64,000 bases of DNA from positions 2,976,001 through 3,040,000 of the forward strand of contig NC_081334.1 of assembly GCF_022539665.2 (NCBI RefSeq), given 5' to 3'. Both the position numbers and the translations under genes were made by a program. Shown piece after piece: positions 38,207 to 49,853 of the stretch. The notes below the pieces were generated by a model. The model did not search any database. It was not told the origin of the DNA and saw nothing but the letters and a program-made list of their open reading frames with translations. This DNA is from Daphnia carinata. Lineage: Eukaryota. How positions within the stretch are numbered: position 1 is the stretch's first letter; every line of letters starts with the position of its first letter.

Positions 38207-41200
38207 AACCATAGATCACTATCAAGAAATAGCCCTCGAACGATTTACTTGATTTTATTCAACCAATCTTTCTTGGAATGGTATTGTATGAATTGATTTT
38301 ATACAGACCGATTTTCTAATGTATATTATTTGTCATAGGCTCATTATTTACCTCTCTTGCAGGGTCCAGGAGTCGGTCAGGGTCTTGGAGGGCCTCCAAG
38401 AGGGTACAGACACCCTTCATTTGTACCTATTATGCCTTTTTTGGACAAGAACGTCGTCGAATTTCAATTGGGTGTCAAATTGTGGTATCCTACCCGACCA
38501 CAAACAATTGGTTTTATACAAGCATATTCGGTTGGTTTTCGATATTAGCAGTAGGATTTCGTTGGCTGTCCTAATTGCCATCCCTGGCTTTGGAATTTCT
38601 ACCTCATTTACCCAAGTTTTATCCCTATTTCTGCTCTGAAACTTGATCATTGTTGTGTTTTGTTTAGAGTCAGTATTAGTTCTCGTTTGGAAGACAATGA
38701 TAAAAATGAGCACATCAGGAACCCAGAATTATATTGCAACTTCGATCTGTACGCAGAAACTGGCGAACCAAGTTGCTATCGTTTTCAATTCCTATTTTCG
38801 GCCAGTAGCAATGATTCCATTTTCTGTCTTCCCTACCTGGAAGACAGAAAATGGATTTAACCTTCGGCACGAACGGTATGTTTTTTTTTACACACTTTCC
38901 TTGTTAATTCTTTTTAATTTGATGCCTCTTTAGGTATGTGAACCATTGCAATGTTTTCGAGCCCTGGCTGATATTCTTCTATTCTTTTCTGATCGTCTAA
39001 ATGTTTGGTTAATAGAAGACAGGTGGTGTATATCAAACGCGAATTTTTAAAACTATTTAACCATTCAAAGCGGATAATGTTTGCCATGGAATTAAAAACA
39101 GTACGCAACTGTTACTTTGTTCATTAGCAAATGCTTTCTTAAAAAACTCTGTTATGTTAATGATTTTCCCCCTTTATTTAAATCTTTGTTTTTTTTTAGC
39201 TAAATCCGTGTGGGGGATATGCGGATGCGTGGTAAGAGCACGTTTTTTTGGAACGCCTAAGAGCCGTCTCCGGTGCACCTATGGGTACGGTGGGTTGGTA
39301 CTGCCAGGTTGGTGAATAAAACGCTGAAAAAAGGCTATTTAATGCGTGTCACACCAATACCTTCCGGCGTTAAGCTGGTCACGGATAACCCATTGGTGCA
39401 CGGGGATCGAGCCCTAAGAACGAGCCCGTTTATCCCACTTTTTTATTGGAAACCGCTCATCTCTGTTTTACCATAAATTTGGGCAATTTCAAAGACATCA
39501 TGTGTCGCCATCTAGGGAAAATCCAGTTCAGTCAGATTCAAACAAAAAACAAGCTTAACTTTCTCTTTACTTATTTTCTCAGAAATCTGGGTTGCTATAA
39601 AAACCCATGGTTTTGAATTGAAATTGAACGATGATGTCGGAAAACCAGTACGGTTTTGAGTTGCGGTTTTTCGGAACGAATATCGTTGGGCCTTTCGAAA
39701 ATCGATTAAAGGATCCGATAAGCAAGAACCCATTTGGCGTAGTAAACTTAGTTTCACCTGAACTTTCATGAACTGCGGTTGTAAAATTTAGGCTTCTTTT
39801 TGTTGCATTCGTAGTATATTAAGAATTTGCAATCGCAGTTAACATTTTCAGGAGCTGTATAATAATCCAGCAATCTATAGTTAGATAAATTTGTCACGTT
39901 TCCTCTACCAGCCGCCAGGGGGGTAAATCGGATTGCCATAGATTGCATCAAACTTACCCATTCGGCAACCGAAGTGTGAATACGCTTTTCTTTGATAATT
40001 ATTTTGTTTTGCTGCTATGCTTGGTAAACTACAATTATGCCCCATATTATTGCCTTTGCATTTTAGATCTACTCTTAGGTGATCTATACCTGATCCTATG
40101 TTTTAAAGTGATCTGCTTTCACAGCTACATTTCTGTGTTCTTTTCCGTTGGTCTATGGTTCTGAATTGAGGCAAGTATATCTATTATGCTATGTCACTAA
40201 GTACTATAGGGAAGGGAATAACTGAAGTTGATTGAGATCTATTCTGATTCTCCTGATATCCATCTCAACATGTTTTTATTTGCTTTACAACATCCATTTC
40301 ATAGTGGGACGTGTGGCTTTCAATAGTAGTGCCATAAAGACTGCCGAAAATGGGTGTGGTGCGGAAACCCAGAAATGGCATGAGTTCAACATCAAACACG
40401 GATTAGGTACTTTCGGTTTTTTGTCTATTGAAAAAGTATTTTTAATGCTATTATTTTGCATTCACAGAATTTTAGCGGGGGATCAAGTCAAGTCTGGAAG
40501 TGCTCCAGGATGGAAGAGTGAGCCTACAGTTGAAAAAGCACTGACAGTGCATTACCGTTAAGGTATGAGATAAAGTAATAGAGTATGCAAATTGTCTAAT
40601 AAGAAGTACCATCTTGTGTGAATGAATCCTGTATAACAGCAATCCTTTATAGTTCTGTCACAGCTAGAAGCCTCAAATAATTCTGCTTCTCTTGCTAAAG
40701 AACAACTTGTCCTTTACGTTCAGAGTGTTGGTGAAGCTGGGTACTTAAATGGCCCAAAAAATGTTTAATTTCGCTGGCATTGCAGCGATGAACATCATAC
40801 ATGGGCTCTTTAGGTATGAAAGAAATTTTCTTGAAAAAATTTTGAATTTATGCTGAAGCATTTCTCCTCCTTTTTGCCAACCATGTCTAATCTACAAAAA
40901 AAATTTATCCAATAGGAAAGGATTTTCAGCATACTGGGAACACAACTATCAACAATGCAACATTCTAGGGGTGCTATTTTATCATTCAAGAGCCTTATAC
41001 AATGATTTTCATCTGCAATTTATATGGCCTTTCCCGAGCCTCTGCCAGAAGTTGAATCTATGAGTCATGTAAGTCACATGAGCAACAATTGAGATGCTTA
41101 ATGGTGTTGTTTTTCTTTTCTCAGTATAGGTTAATAGTAACATTGGATGTGAAAAGATTCTTGGTTGGGGCAAGACACTGAATAAAGTGTAATGATTGGA

Positions 41201-41829
41201 TGGATGACATGACATTTCTATACTTCATTCGGATTCTCTAGACGGTATTTTATATTTAAAAAATTGAAGTGCATATCTGGGCTCCCTTCCTTTCCGTAGC
41301 CCCGTTTCCCCTTGACTCATAATAAGCCCGTAGGGGGTCATGCCCCTACTGTACGGTATATATAAAAATAACATATACCGAGGTTTGGAGGGCTCTGGCC
41401 GGAAAGGGGACGTGGGGGTCCGCTTAGTCCGATGATGTGTTCACGGAGGGCGACGTGGCTACACACAAATCCGAATTAAAGGCTAATCGCTCCAGTAAAA
41501 ATGTTCCAAATCTTCGGCTCTTCTTCCGGCTTCTCTTAGCCAATCACCGGGTAATCTCCCCGGTGGGTCAACGAGGCAGTGTCTCCCCCTGCCTGGGTTG
41601 ACGGCAACTTTTGAAAGGGCTATTGTGCCTTTTTAAAGTTGCAAAATCATTTATATGTGCAGAGTAATGTCAATACAATTTATTTTTTTTAAACAGAAAA
41701 AGCAAAACTTGTGTTTTTAATTGCAATCTTACTCTGCCCTTTTTATTCTTGCTTGGTCTTGTGTTTTCTGCTTAGCATTCTTTTAATTTCTCTCTTCATA
41801 TAATATTCTTACTTCGACAATCGATTTCA

Positions 41830-41895
41830 GGTCGACTGGGATTTGAACCACAGAATTCTTGCACCATAGGCCAGCGTGCTACCGTTATGCCATAC
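41830..41895 (-). pseudogene. Degenerate tRNA-like sequence
   Basis: The minus strand has A box TGGCATAACGG and B box GGTTCAAATCCC at tRNA spacing; the cloverleaf is poor. Confidence 0.6.
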
Positions 41896-41996
41896 TTAAC
41901 TTCCTTCCTTAACGTTGTTTTGGATTGTGATACCTGTAGAGATATTCAGCACACACTAGCTTATTGTTGAATGCGTATTAGATGTTTATAAGTTCA

Positions 41997-42066
41997 TGGT
42001 TGGAATAATGGTAAAGCATGTGGCTGTCATGCTAGAATACTAGGGTTCGATTCCCATATCAGTCAT
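41997..42066 (+). pseudogene. Degenerate tRNA(Asp)-like sequence
   Basis: TGGAATAATGG A box, CT-GTC-A anticodon loop and GGTTCGATTCCC B box. Confidence 0.55.
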
Positions 42067-45000
42067 TGTACAGGTAAATAATAAATACAAAATTAAGTAG
42101 TGTAAAATCGTTTTTATTGTCCCTCCTTCCACCCACATATCCACCACTATTACATACATTTTAAAATACAGCATACAACATACAATACATACACAAATAC
42201 ACTTAAACTAACACGTTGGCTGCCACGCCACCATTTTCTACTGTCGCTACTGTCGCTATCCCTAGGGATAGCGACCAAGGGGGCCGGGTAGGCCGGACTG
42301 ACACGGCGATGAGACCTTTTTGGGAACGCACACCCCAGGTCTCATCAGCCGCATCGAAAAAGGGAATTCCCTATGGTGCGTTGCCTAGGGGCCATTCGGC
42401 CAATCTTGGGCAGTGGCGCTGCTCCACCCCATGGCAGATAGACCATGGAGCAGAACAGCGCGGCCCGTCCCTGTCAAGCTACAAAAAAAAGGGGATCAAA
42501 GTGGGTGGGTGGCAGCCAACGTGTTAGTTTGAAAAACATAATACAACATAGAACAAAACACAACCATACCACGAAGACGAGGCGACCACGAGGAGATGAA
42601 GGGGCGATAGGGGAGGCGTAGACGGCGTGACCACGAGGCGATGACAGGGCGACGACGACGGGCGAGGCGACGGGCGAGGCGACGGACGGGGCGAAATGCC
42701 AGGCGACGAAGGATTATGAAGTGAAGAACGGGCAAAACTTAGAATTTTGATTTCAATTTTGCGTGGAACAGAAGATGATGGCATAGTTCTAAATGATAAA
42801 TATGAAGAAAACATGTTACTACATGTGGAATGTAATATTATTGGCATAATTATAACAGGGAAGGAAATTACTTTACACTTTTGTCCGAAGACTGCAAAAG
42901 TTGTAGGGCTGGCTGGTAATTTTGCTGAAGGAGAAAGCTTGGCAGACCTACGATGAGATATTATATTTAAAGAATGGCAATAGTAGATAAGCCTCAAACT
43001 TAAAATACCAAACGGGACTGGCTGTGATGTCCATTTCTATTTAAGTTGGTTGGTAGTGGTTAATCATTGGAATCCAAACAAAGAGGGACATGTTGCACTA
43101 GTCAGATTAAAGCTGTTTCTGATGACTAGGCAAAGGGTAGTCAAATCAGCTAGTGGTGTGTTGGTTCTATCGTTGGTGACCTTCCCACTGGTTAGTATGT
43201 CTTCCGTTGTAAGTTTTACAAAGCTAGATGTTAAATCAGAATCATGCCAAACGGTATATTAACAGCCACACACAAGTTAAATACCTCTAAATAGAGCAAC
43301 AGAGTAGCATGATGGAATGCTAAGGTCATAGTTTTATGACAGAGCGATTTTGTGACAGTTTGGAATTGGCAACTTGCATAGCTTGCAAGATTACCCGTTA
43401 CATGAAAAATTAAATATTTGGTTTGCTTCACTTCCAAAACAACACAGGGAATAAAACACGTAATAGTAGTTAATTTTATACAACTTTCCACTGGAGTCTA
43501 GCATTTTAACAAAGACTTTCATACACAGGATTCACTGCTTACACCACTGTCACACGTAAGCATACCACCATTTAGGAAGCGCAACAGCGACATCTAGTTT
43601 TTTTCTCAAGAACCAAAATAAAAGCGAATCGAAGAAGAATTAGTGAACAAGTTGTTTATTCAAAAACCTCGGTATTCCCATTAAAATACATGATTTAGAT
43701 TGGAAATTGCACAGGGTGTCAATTGCGGCTTTTTACAAGCGTGTCTGACCAGCATCAAACTGTAGTTTAAGAATAAATAATCTTAGGTGTTTTTGTTTAA
43801 AATGGTACTTCCCATCTCTTGCTAGCTTTTAGTCATATAAATATCAACACATAATCACCAGGATTTTCTTGTGTCTTCTCGGTTAGAAAATGAAAATACA
43901 AAATGACAAGGTTAAGTCAAAAGAACGAATTACTAGAAGATCAACTGTCGGTCGTACAACATGATACGAAAACACATGACATTTACATATAAAACAATGG
44001 CTTCGGGTATTCCGAACGCCTGTGTGCCCTTTGCGCTAATACCAATTTAATGACGATAATGACCAAAAAGAACGACATCTTAGTTTTTTGCGCTCGTCCC
44101 CAAAGTCAGACGATTGAACGTAAAAAGTATAAAACACGCTCAAAATAGCCCAGAGAAAACTGAATCGGATAGCGCGGAATAACACGCAGGAGAATACCGA
44201 CTAGTCTAACAAGAATAACGTTTATTACCTTTCAGCAGATTGTAAAACGGTGACAGTCAGTCGCATGTTTCGTATCCCACTGGAGACGCCTACGTAGATC
44301 CTAGGGAACCTTCAAATTTTTGGCAAATCAAGGCAGTCCTCAGAAACCCACTTCCTGGTGACGCAAGTTCACATATTATTTATATACTTTAACGGCTGTT
44401 GATGCTAGCCGCAATTTTTCCGGCGCAATGTAAATCCGTCAATAGTTCTAACCTAGAAACAGAAAATTTCTATTAGAAGGAAATAAGGATGATTCTTAAT
44501 GTTCCGAGAATAATTATACTTCGATAGGTCTTATTTACTAATTACTCACCTGATTTAGTATGTGTCATGCACCCTTGTTTTGCGTAACAGCCAGCCTGAG
44601 AAAAAACTTTAAAACTTGGCTAAGGTGATCCTCCGAGCTCATCTAGGTTACGTGCTAGTGCTTTTCCATAAAACCTTCATTATTAACTTGTTTGGAATTG
44701 ATTTGAATCCTTGTTGTAATTATAGTAGGCGAGAAATCCTTTGATTTAAGGTAATCTGGAAGGGACAAATATAACGATTCAAGAAAAATATGGCTGTTAA
44801 GATTATCACACTAACTAGAATCTTAATTCTTCGAAGATAAGTTTTATGCATTTCAAGAATTATTGAACATCAGAATTTGTATCAATTCACAATCATGACA
44901 GATTAATATGTACCACTGATATTGAAAAATGTAGACTGTACGCGATGTGTGCGGTAAGAAAATCCAGAGAATATCCAGAAAACTATCTGTTAATTCAAGT

Positions 45001-47930
45001 TCATCTTATTTCAATCCATTCTACCATACCATTTCATTCTCACTACAGAGGAAACGGCCTCACGTGCAGAGACTTATCAAGGCGTATTCGGTTAGCTCAA
45101 GTATAAAGTACGCTATGAAATAGATGGAATGTTTGTCTGTTGGAAAGCAAACGAAATCATCCAGAGCCATTTCGGTCGGTATGGGGACGAATTGAGTGCA
45201 ATCCGGCCGAAAACCAACGACGAAATCAACAGAAAACTTCATCGATCGACAACTTAATTTGACATCTTGTTAACTATATTTTTTGCCCTGAAGATGAATG
45301 AATCACACACTTCTGGGATTTAAACAATAATAGGCCTACTCCAATATACAGACATAATGCAATTTTATAACATTCGCCGCATATAGTCGAGAAAGCCTGT
45401 TACAGCATAAAATCCAAAGGTGTGTATATAGTTTACATAATGTGAAACAAGAAAAAAAAATCACCCGAATTGTAAATTTATTAAATAATTCCCGTGCTTA
45501 AGGCGTCGCCTTTAGACCTCAGCCGGATTTAACTTCACCCCGTTCCCATACTGACCAAAACGGCTCTTAGGGATTCCGTTTCGTTCTGCCTGCACTTTCA
45601 CTTTCAAAGAAATACATTAAATAAAGATAAATTTATACGTAATAAATAAATATCCGCAAGGAGGCCGTTCCCTTTGTAATTGGAATTAACTTTGAATTAG
45701 TGGAATAGAATGGTATAGTAAAATGGAGGACGATTGAGGGCTTACATATGACAAACTACGCAAGATTTCTAGATGTTAGAATGATTTATCTATGATATCT
45801 ATAATCTATGATTTGATCTAAATGGATGTCCTACCTCGTTCACATCACTTTGCACATTTCAATTAAATATTAACACGGGAAGAGCTTCTCAGCGCTCAAC
45901 TGCAGATTGAGAAGCGTTAAGTTTTAAATAAATACTCTTACTTGTATGGCTTCCAACTATTTTGAAGTTGAAGCTTTGCTGCTGTGCCAATTCCGGATGT
46001 TTAACTCTGTGTTTCTAATAACAACCCCTTATGATAATGGTTGCATGTAGCTGCGTAGTCGGTTGTTTTAAAGACGAATGCTTCCTTTTCTTTGCTCTCG
46101 TTTCACAGATAAGAAAGACTTCAGATTAATATGGCACAAAAGAATTATACGTCTCAAACCTTACCTAGGCCAATGTTATTTCAGACATTAGCAGCGTTGG
46201 GAATACTAGACGCACTAAAAACGTGATACAATTTTGAAAATGTTTTAGTAATGATTAAAATGGAATCTCAAAACGACATGCCTTGCTTATAGAAGAATAA
46301 GGTTTTCACAGTTAAACGCAAAGTCCTCGAATTACATAGCGTAAAGTGAAAGCTGCAACAAAAAAAATTAAGGAAACAATTAATTAATAAATATTTGTAT
46401 AATAACGTGCCACGTAGTATCTAGATTCCAACCTTTTTTTTTTGTTTTAGCCACGACAACATGGATATGGACGGATAAACGTCAAACATATGCGAAAAGC
46501 AGTACGGTAGTCCAAAAGCTCTTAACGGTCAAACCGAGAGTCGAGGAATCAGCTAAAAGAACATGATAAACATTACAGAAACCAGCAACTGAACGACGAG
46601 TATGAACCATTGAACCTAAAATGTAGGCAAATCGGATTACAACGAACGGGCGGCCAACCATGTACCGTTCACCCACAAACGTCCAACACTCTTCTGATTG
46701 CTGAACTGGCTGCTTGCACATTTGAAATGAGAATCCGATCGCAAAAGAAAAATTATGTCACTAATGTTATTCCCTGTGGAAATTTTTTCACGCAGTTTAA
46801 TGAATTCCCATTTAGTATTTTTCAAAAGAACCTTTTGAATCATCATTACATTCAACATGTTACGATAAGACCCATAATAATGTAATCAACTAGCTTTCTG
46901 TGGAGTTAAAAACTAAACTTAAACCCAACCATAAAGTAAACACGGCTACCAAACAGTTTTCTTGCAAATCACATTGCAGGCTGTTAGCAAGAGATAAATT
47001 ATTGACATGGAATTATTTACAAATTATCTGTCATTGGTTAAAGTGGATGGTAAACTATTTGCTCTTATAACTTATGCTACTGAATTCCAATGGAAAGATT
47101 CATGTTTTACCTCAGGCGTTGCGACAAATCATACCTGTTTTTGGGTGTTCATGCATGTCCCTGTAGCAAACATTCCTGGATCTTTTAGTAAGTGCGATGG
47201 ACTTCAGATTATTACCGGGGGCTTACGTTGTTCGGAAACCTGAAAACGACTTTGTCAGCGACATTTCTTCACTTGTTTTGGCAGCTGATAATGAAATTTC
47301 CTTGAGATGGTTTTCTATGTAACATCTTGCCCAAAAATAAAGGAAATACGTATACATGATGAAGCATGTTATCTAAAGAAGAATAGCAAGTCAGTTAATT
47401 ATATAGCTTTACCATGAATGAGAACCTGCAACTGGTTACTGATGTTTTTGTTTGTGTTGCTGTGTTTTTGTTCAAACAGAAGCTTTCTTGTTGTCCACAT
47501 ACTGTTGTGTATATGTGATGTTCCATATCGCCATTGTGATTCCAAAAACAGAACTATGAACAAATGGAGCCTGCTGAAGGCGTTTCTGAGCATATAGAAC
47601 AAAGTTATGAGCATGCAAAAACTTCCATTGCATACCTAAGAGAGCTTAAAAGAACTTCAACTTCTATTTCTTCACTTGACTAACTCTTTCACTATAAGAT
47701 GACTATTACTTACTATGGAACGAACCTGGAAAAAGTAGCACTATGGGGTTATTAGAGGCGGCAGCAAAACTCCATGTTTGAAGACTAGCAGCCTGGATGA
47801 ACACAGAAGCTATTGTTCACTATATCACTCAGCTGACAGTAGTCTACTTCTAGTCCTTGCCAAGAAGAATTTGAAATAATGTTTCATTATAAACAAATTT
47901 AACTTCCAGTCAATTGTGTTGGACACTTAC

Positions 47931-48420
47931 CAAGAAATGCCTGTCTGATTTAGGATGTCTCACAAACCCTCATATGCCTTAAAACTTAGATCTTGAAAAA
48001 CTCAGCTGTACTGATCTTCTAGAGGCTGACTGCTGGTGCATTTTTTCACAAAGGCTTCAATATTAACTTTTTTTATTGCATGCAAATCTTGCTGTAATTA
48101 TTCTGGGGTACCAGAAATCCATCAACACTATGTAACCTAGAAGAGAAAAATTATTAGGAGACAGAGACCAAGATTGCTGCTACGATTACCACGCCAACTA
48201 CAATGTTTTTCTTTTGAAGATAATAAGTTTTTTAAGCATCTCAAAAGTTACCAAATATCAGTAGCTGGAACTGAAAATTCTAAAATATTACACAATACCT
48301 ACAAAGCTGAGTTAAAATCTGCATGAAATTTCTGAGCCATGTGCCCCTATGATCTTGTAATGGCTTCCCAACAATCCTAATTCCTGTTAAAACTTGTTTG
48401 AACATCTTGAATATCATCTA
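47931..48420 (-). pseudogene. Decayed spliced gene fragment
   Basis: The AG/GT-bounded exon 47931-48136 reads LHSVDGFLVPQNNYSKICMQ*KKVNIEAFVKKCTSSQPLEDQYS*VFQDLSFKAYEGL*DILNQTGIS, with three in-frame stops. Confidence 0.5.
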
Positions 48421-49369
48421 TCTAAATAGTTTTTGAAATATCTTTTATGTGTTCGCTTCTTATCGTACGTTGAAAAATGAGAATATTAAACGATAAAATG
48501 GCCAAAACCATGAGGTCAAATAGCAAATACTATGGACGAAAGGGACAGCAACGTGCACGCGGCCAACGAATCCACAATTCAGAGGGTTATCTGTAAAGTA
48601 GTAACTTTGGGCCCGTCCAGGGCCGGGGGATAGGTAGATTTTCTTCGGCCGCCAAGTGGCGCTAGTGACAACATTTTTATTTCCTTCTTGGCTACTATAA
48701 TAAACGGCCAGCAAGCGCGCAATACCTCCTGCGCCTAAAACTAAATTGCCAGAGGGGCCTAATACCCCAAATCGAGCTCGACTTTCCACTGTTTGGTAAC
48801 AAATATAACAAATGGAAATACGTGGAAAGAGGTTGTGGAAAGTGGAATTCTGGTTGGGTTACTATTGGTTTACGGTACCCATTGCCAATCAGTGGCAAAA
48901 ATATCTAGTTTAATTTGTCAATTTTAAATAGATACAAAAAGGAACAACAAAAACTTACGGGTATCGAAGAGGGTCACATATCCCGATCATAAGCTGCCTG
49001 CATCCATGAACCGTCTTTCAGGCCATGGGGAGTCCTACGAACAACCTACGTTCAATATTCCCCTCTTCTCCACCTTTCAGTTTGTGGGTCGATCTTTAAC
49101 GTGTAGTGAACAGTACTACAGATCGATTTTTAGCCTGGCAAGGCTTTTTTTTGCCATTTTTAGCCTGGCAAGGCTCTTTTGGTGTGCCATTTAGCCTCTT
49201 TATAGTAGGCATGGCTCTTCTTTTTTCTCTTCATTTTTTCTCTCTTCTTTTATTCTTTCTTCTTTTTTTTCTTTCTTCTTTTTTTTCTTTCTTCTTCTTT
49301 TCTTTCTTGAAGGCGTAGAATCTTGCGTATCTTGAATGATGAATTGGAGGGAAAGGGAGCGAGGGAAAT

Positions 49370-49442
49370 TGGCGGTGGCGGGACTTGAACCCGGGGCCCT
49401 CAGAATGCGAAGCGAAGGTGGTAACCACTGTGCCAGGACCGC
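49370..49442 (-). pseudogene. tRNA(Ala-CGC)-like sequence, imperfect
   Basis: GCGGTCCTGGCACAGTGGTTACCACCTTCGCTT-CGC-ATTCTGAGGGCCCCGGGTTCAAGTCCCGCCACCGCCA. The T arm and most of the acceptor stem pair; the anticodon stem is mismatched. Confidence 0.6.
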
Positions 49443-49510
49443 ACATCCTAAACAAATTTTGCTTTGGGTGTCACCCATTCAAATAGGTAACTTATGAAGC
49501 AATGTAGTAG

Positions 49511-49572
49511 TGTGGTATGGCGCTATGGCTTAGTTTGCGGCTACCATGCTGATTTCACGGGTTCGATTCTTT
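49511..49572 (+). pseudogene. Highly degenerate tRNA-like sequence
   Basis: TGGCGCTATGG A-box-like sequence and GGGTTCGATTC B box. Confidence 0.4.
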
Positions 49573-49806
49573 GTTTATATATTATTTTAATATTTTTTTT
49601 TTACGTTTAGCAACGCACTAGTAACTTTTGCCCGTGCAACCTGGGGATAGCGCATTTTAACGCTTCTTTTTCTTAATTTTAGTCGGCCAATCGTTAATTT
49701 GAGCCAATGCCTAATTTATTCGTTATTTTGCCGTCTAATTTTAATTCTTTTTTTGCATTAAAACACTCCCTATTTTTGCCCGCAAACCCTCTCACTTTAT
49801 TTATTT

Positions 49807-49853
49807 ACTAGTAACGTTGGGCCCGTCCAGGGCCGGGGGATAGTTGGCTTAGT
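49807..49853. mobile_element. Helitron-type terminus (GC hairpin with CTAG)
   Basis: ACTAGTAACGTTGGGCCCGTCCAGGGCCGGGGGATAGTTGGCTTAGT; a near-identical copy lies at 48598-48632 and a diverged copy at 49617-49650. Confidence 0.6.

Larger units (their letters stand above)
38300..49853 (+). mobile_element. Putative composite or non-autonomous Helitron-like region with decayed spliced gene fragments; left boundary not identified
   Basis: No intact ORF over 11.5 kb; three copies of a CTAG + CCCG..CGGG hairpin terminus (48598, 49617, 49807); tRNA-like pairs; pseudo-exons. No RepHel ORF seen. Confidence 0.4.

Noticed and set aside
42496..42997. Arg-rich and SPRP-rich minus-strand ORFs as real proteins
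   Set aside because: They come from a low-complexity GGCGA repeat open in several frames, with no recognisable domain; at most a decayed fragment.
49370..49442. Functional tRNA-Ala gene
   Set aside because: Anticodon and acceptor stems are mismatched, no immediate T-run terminator, and the context is transposon-like.
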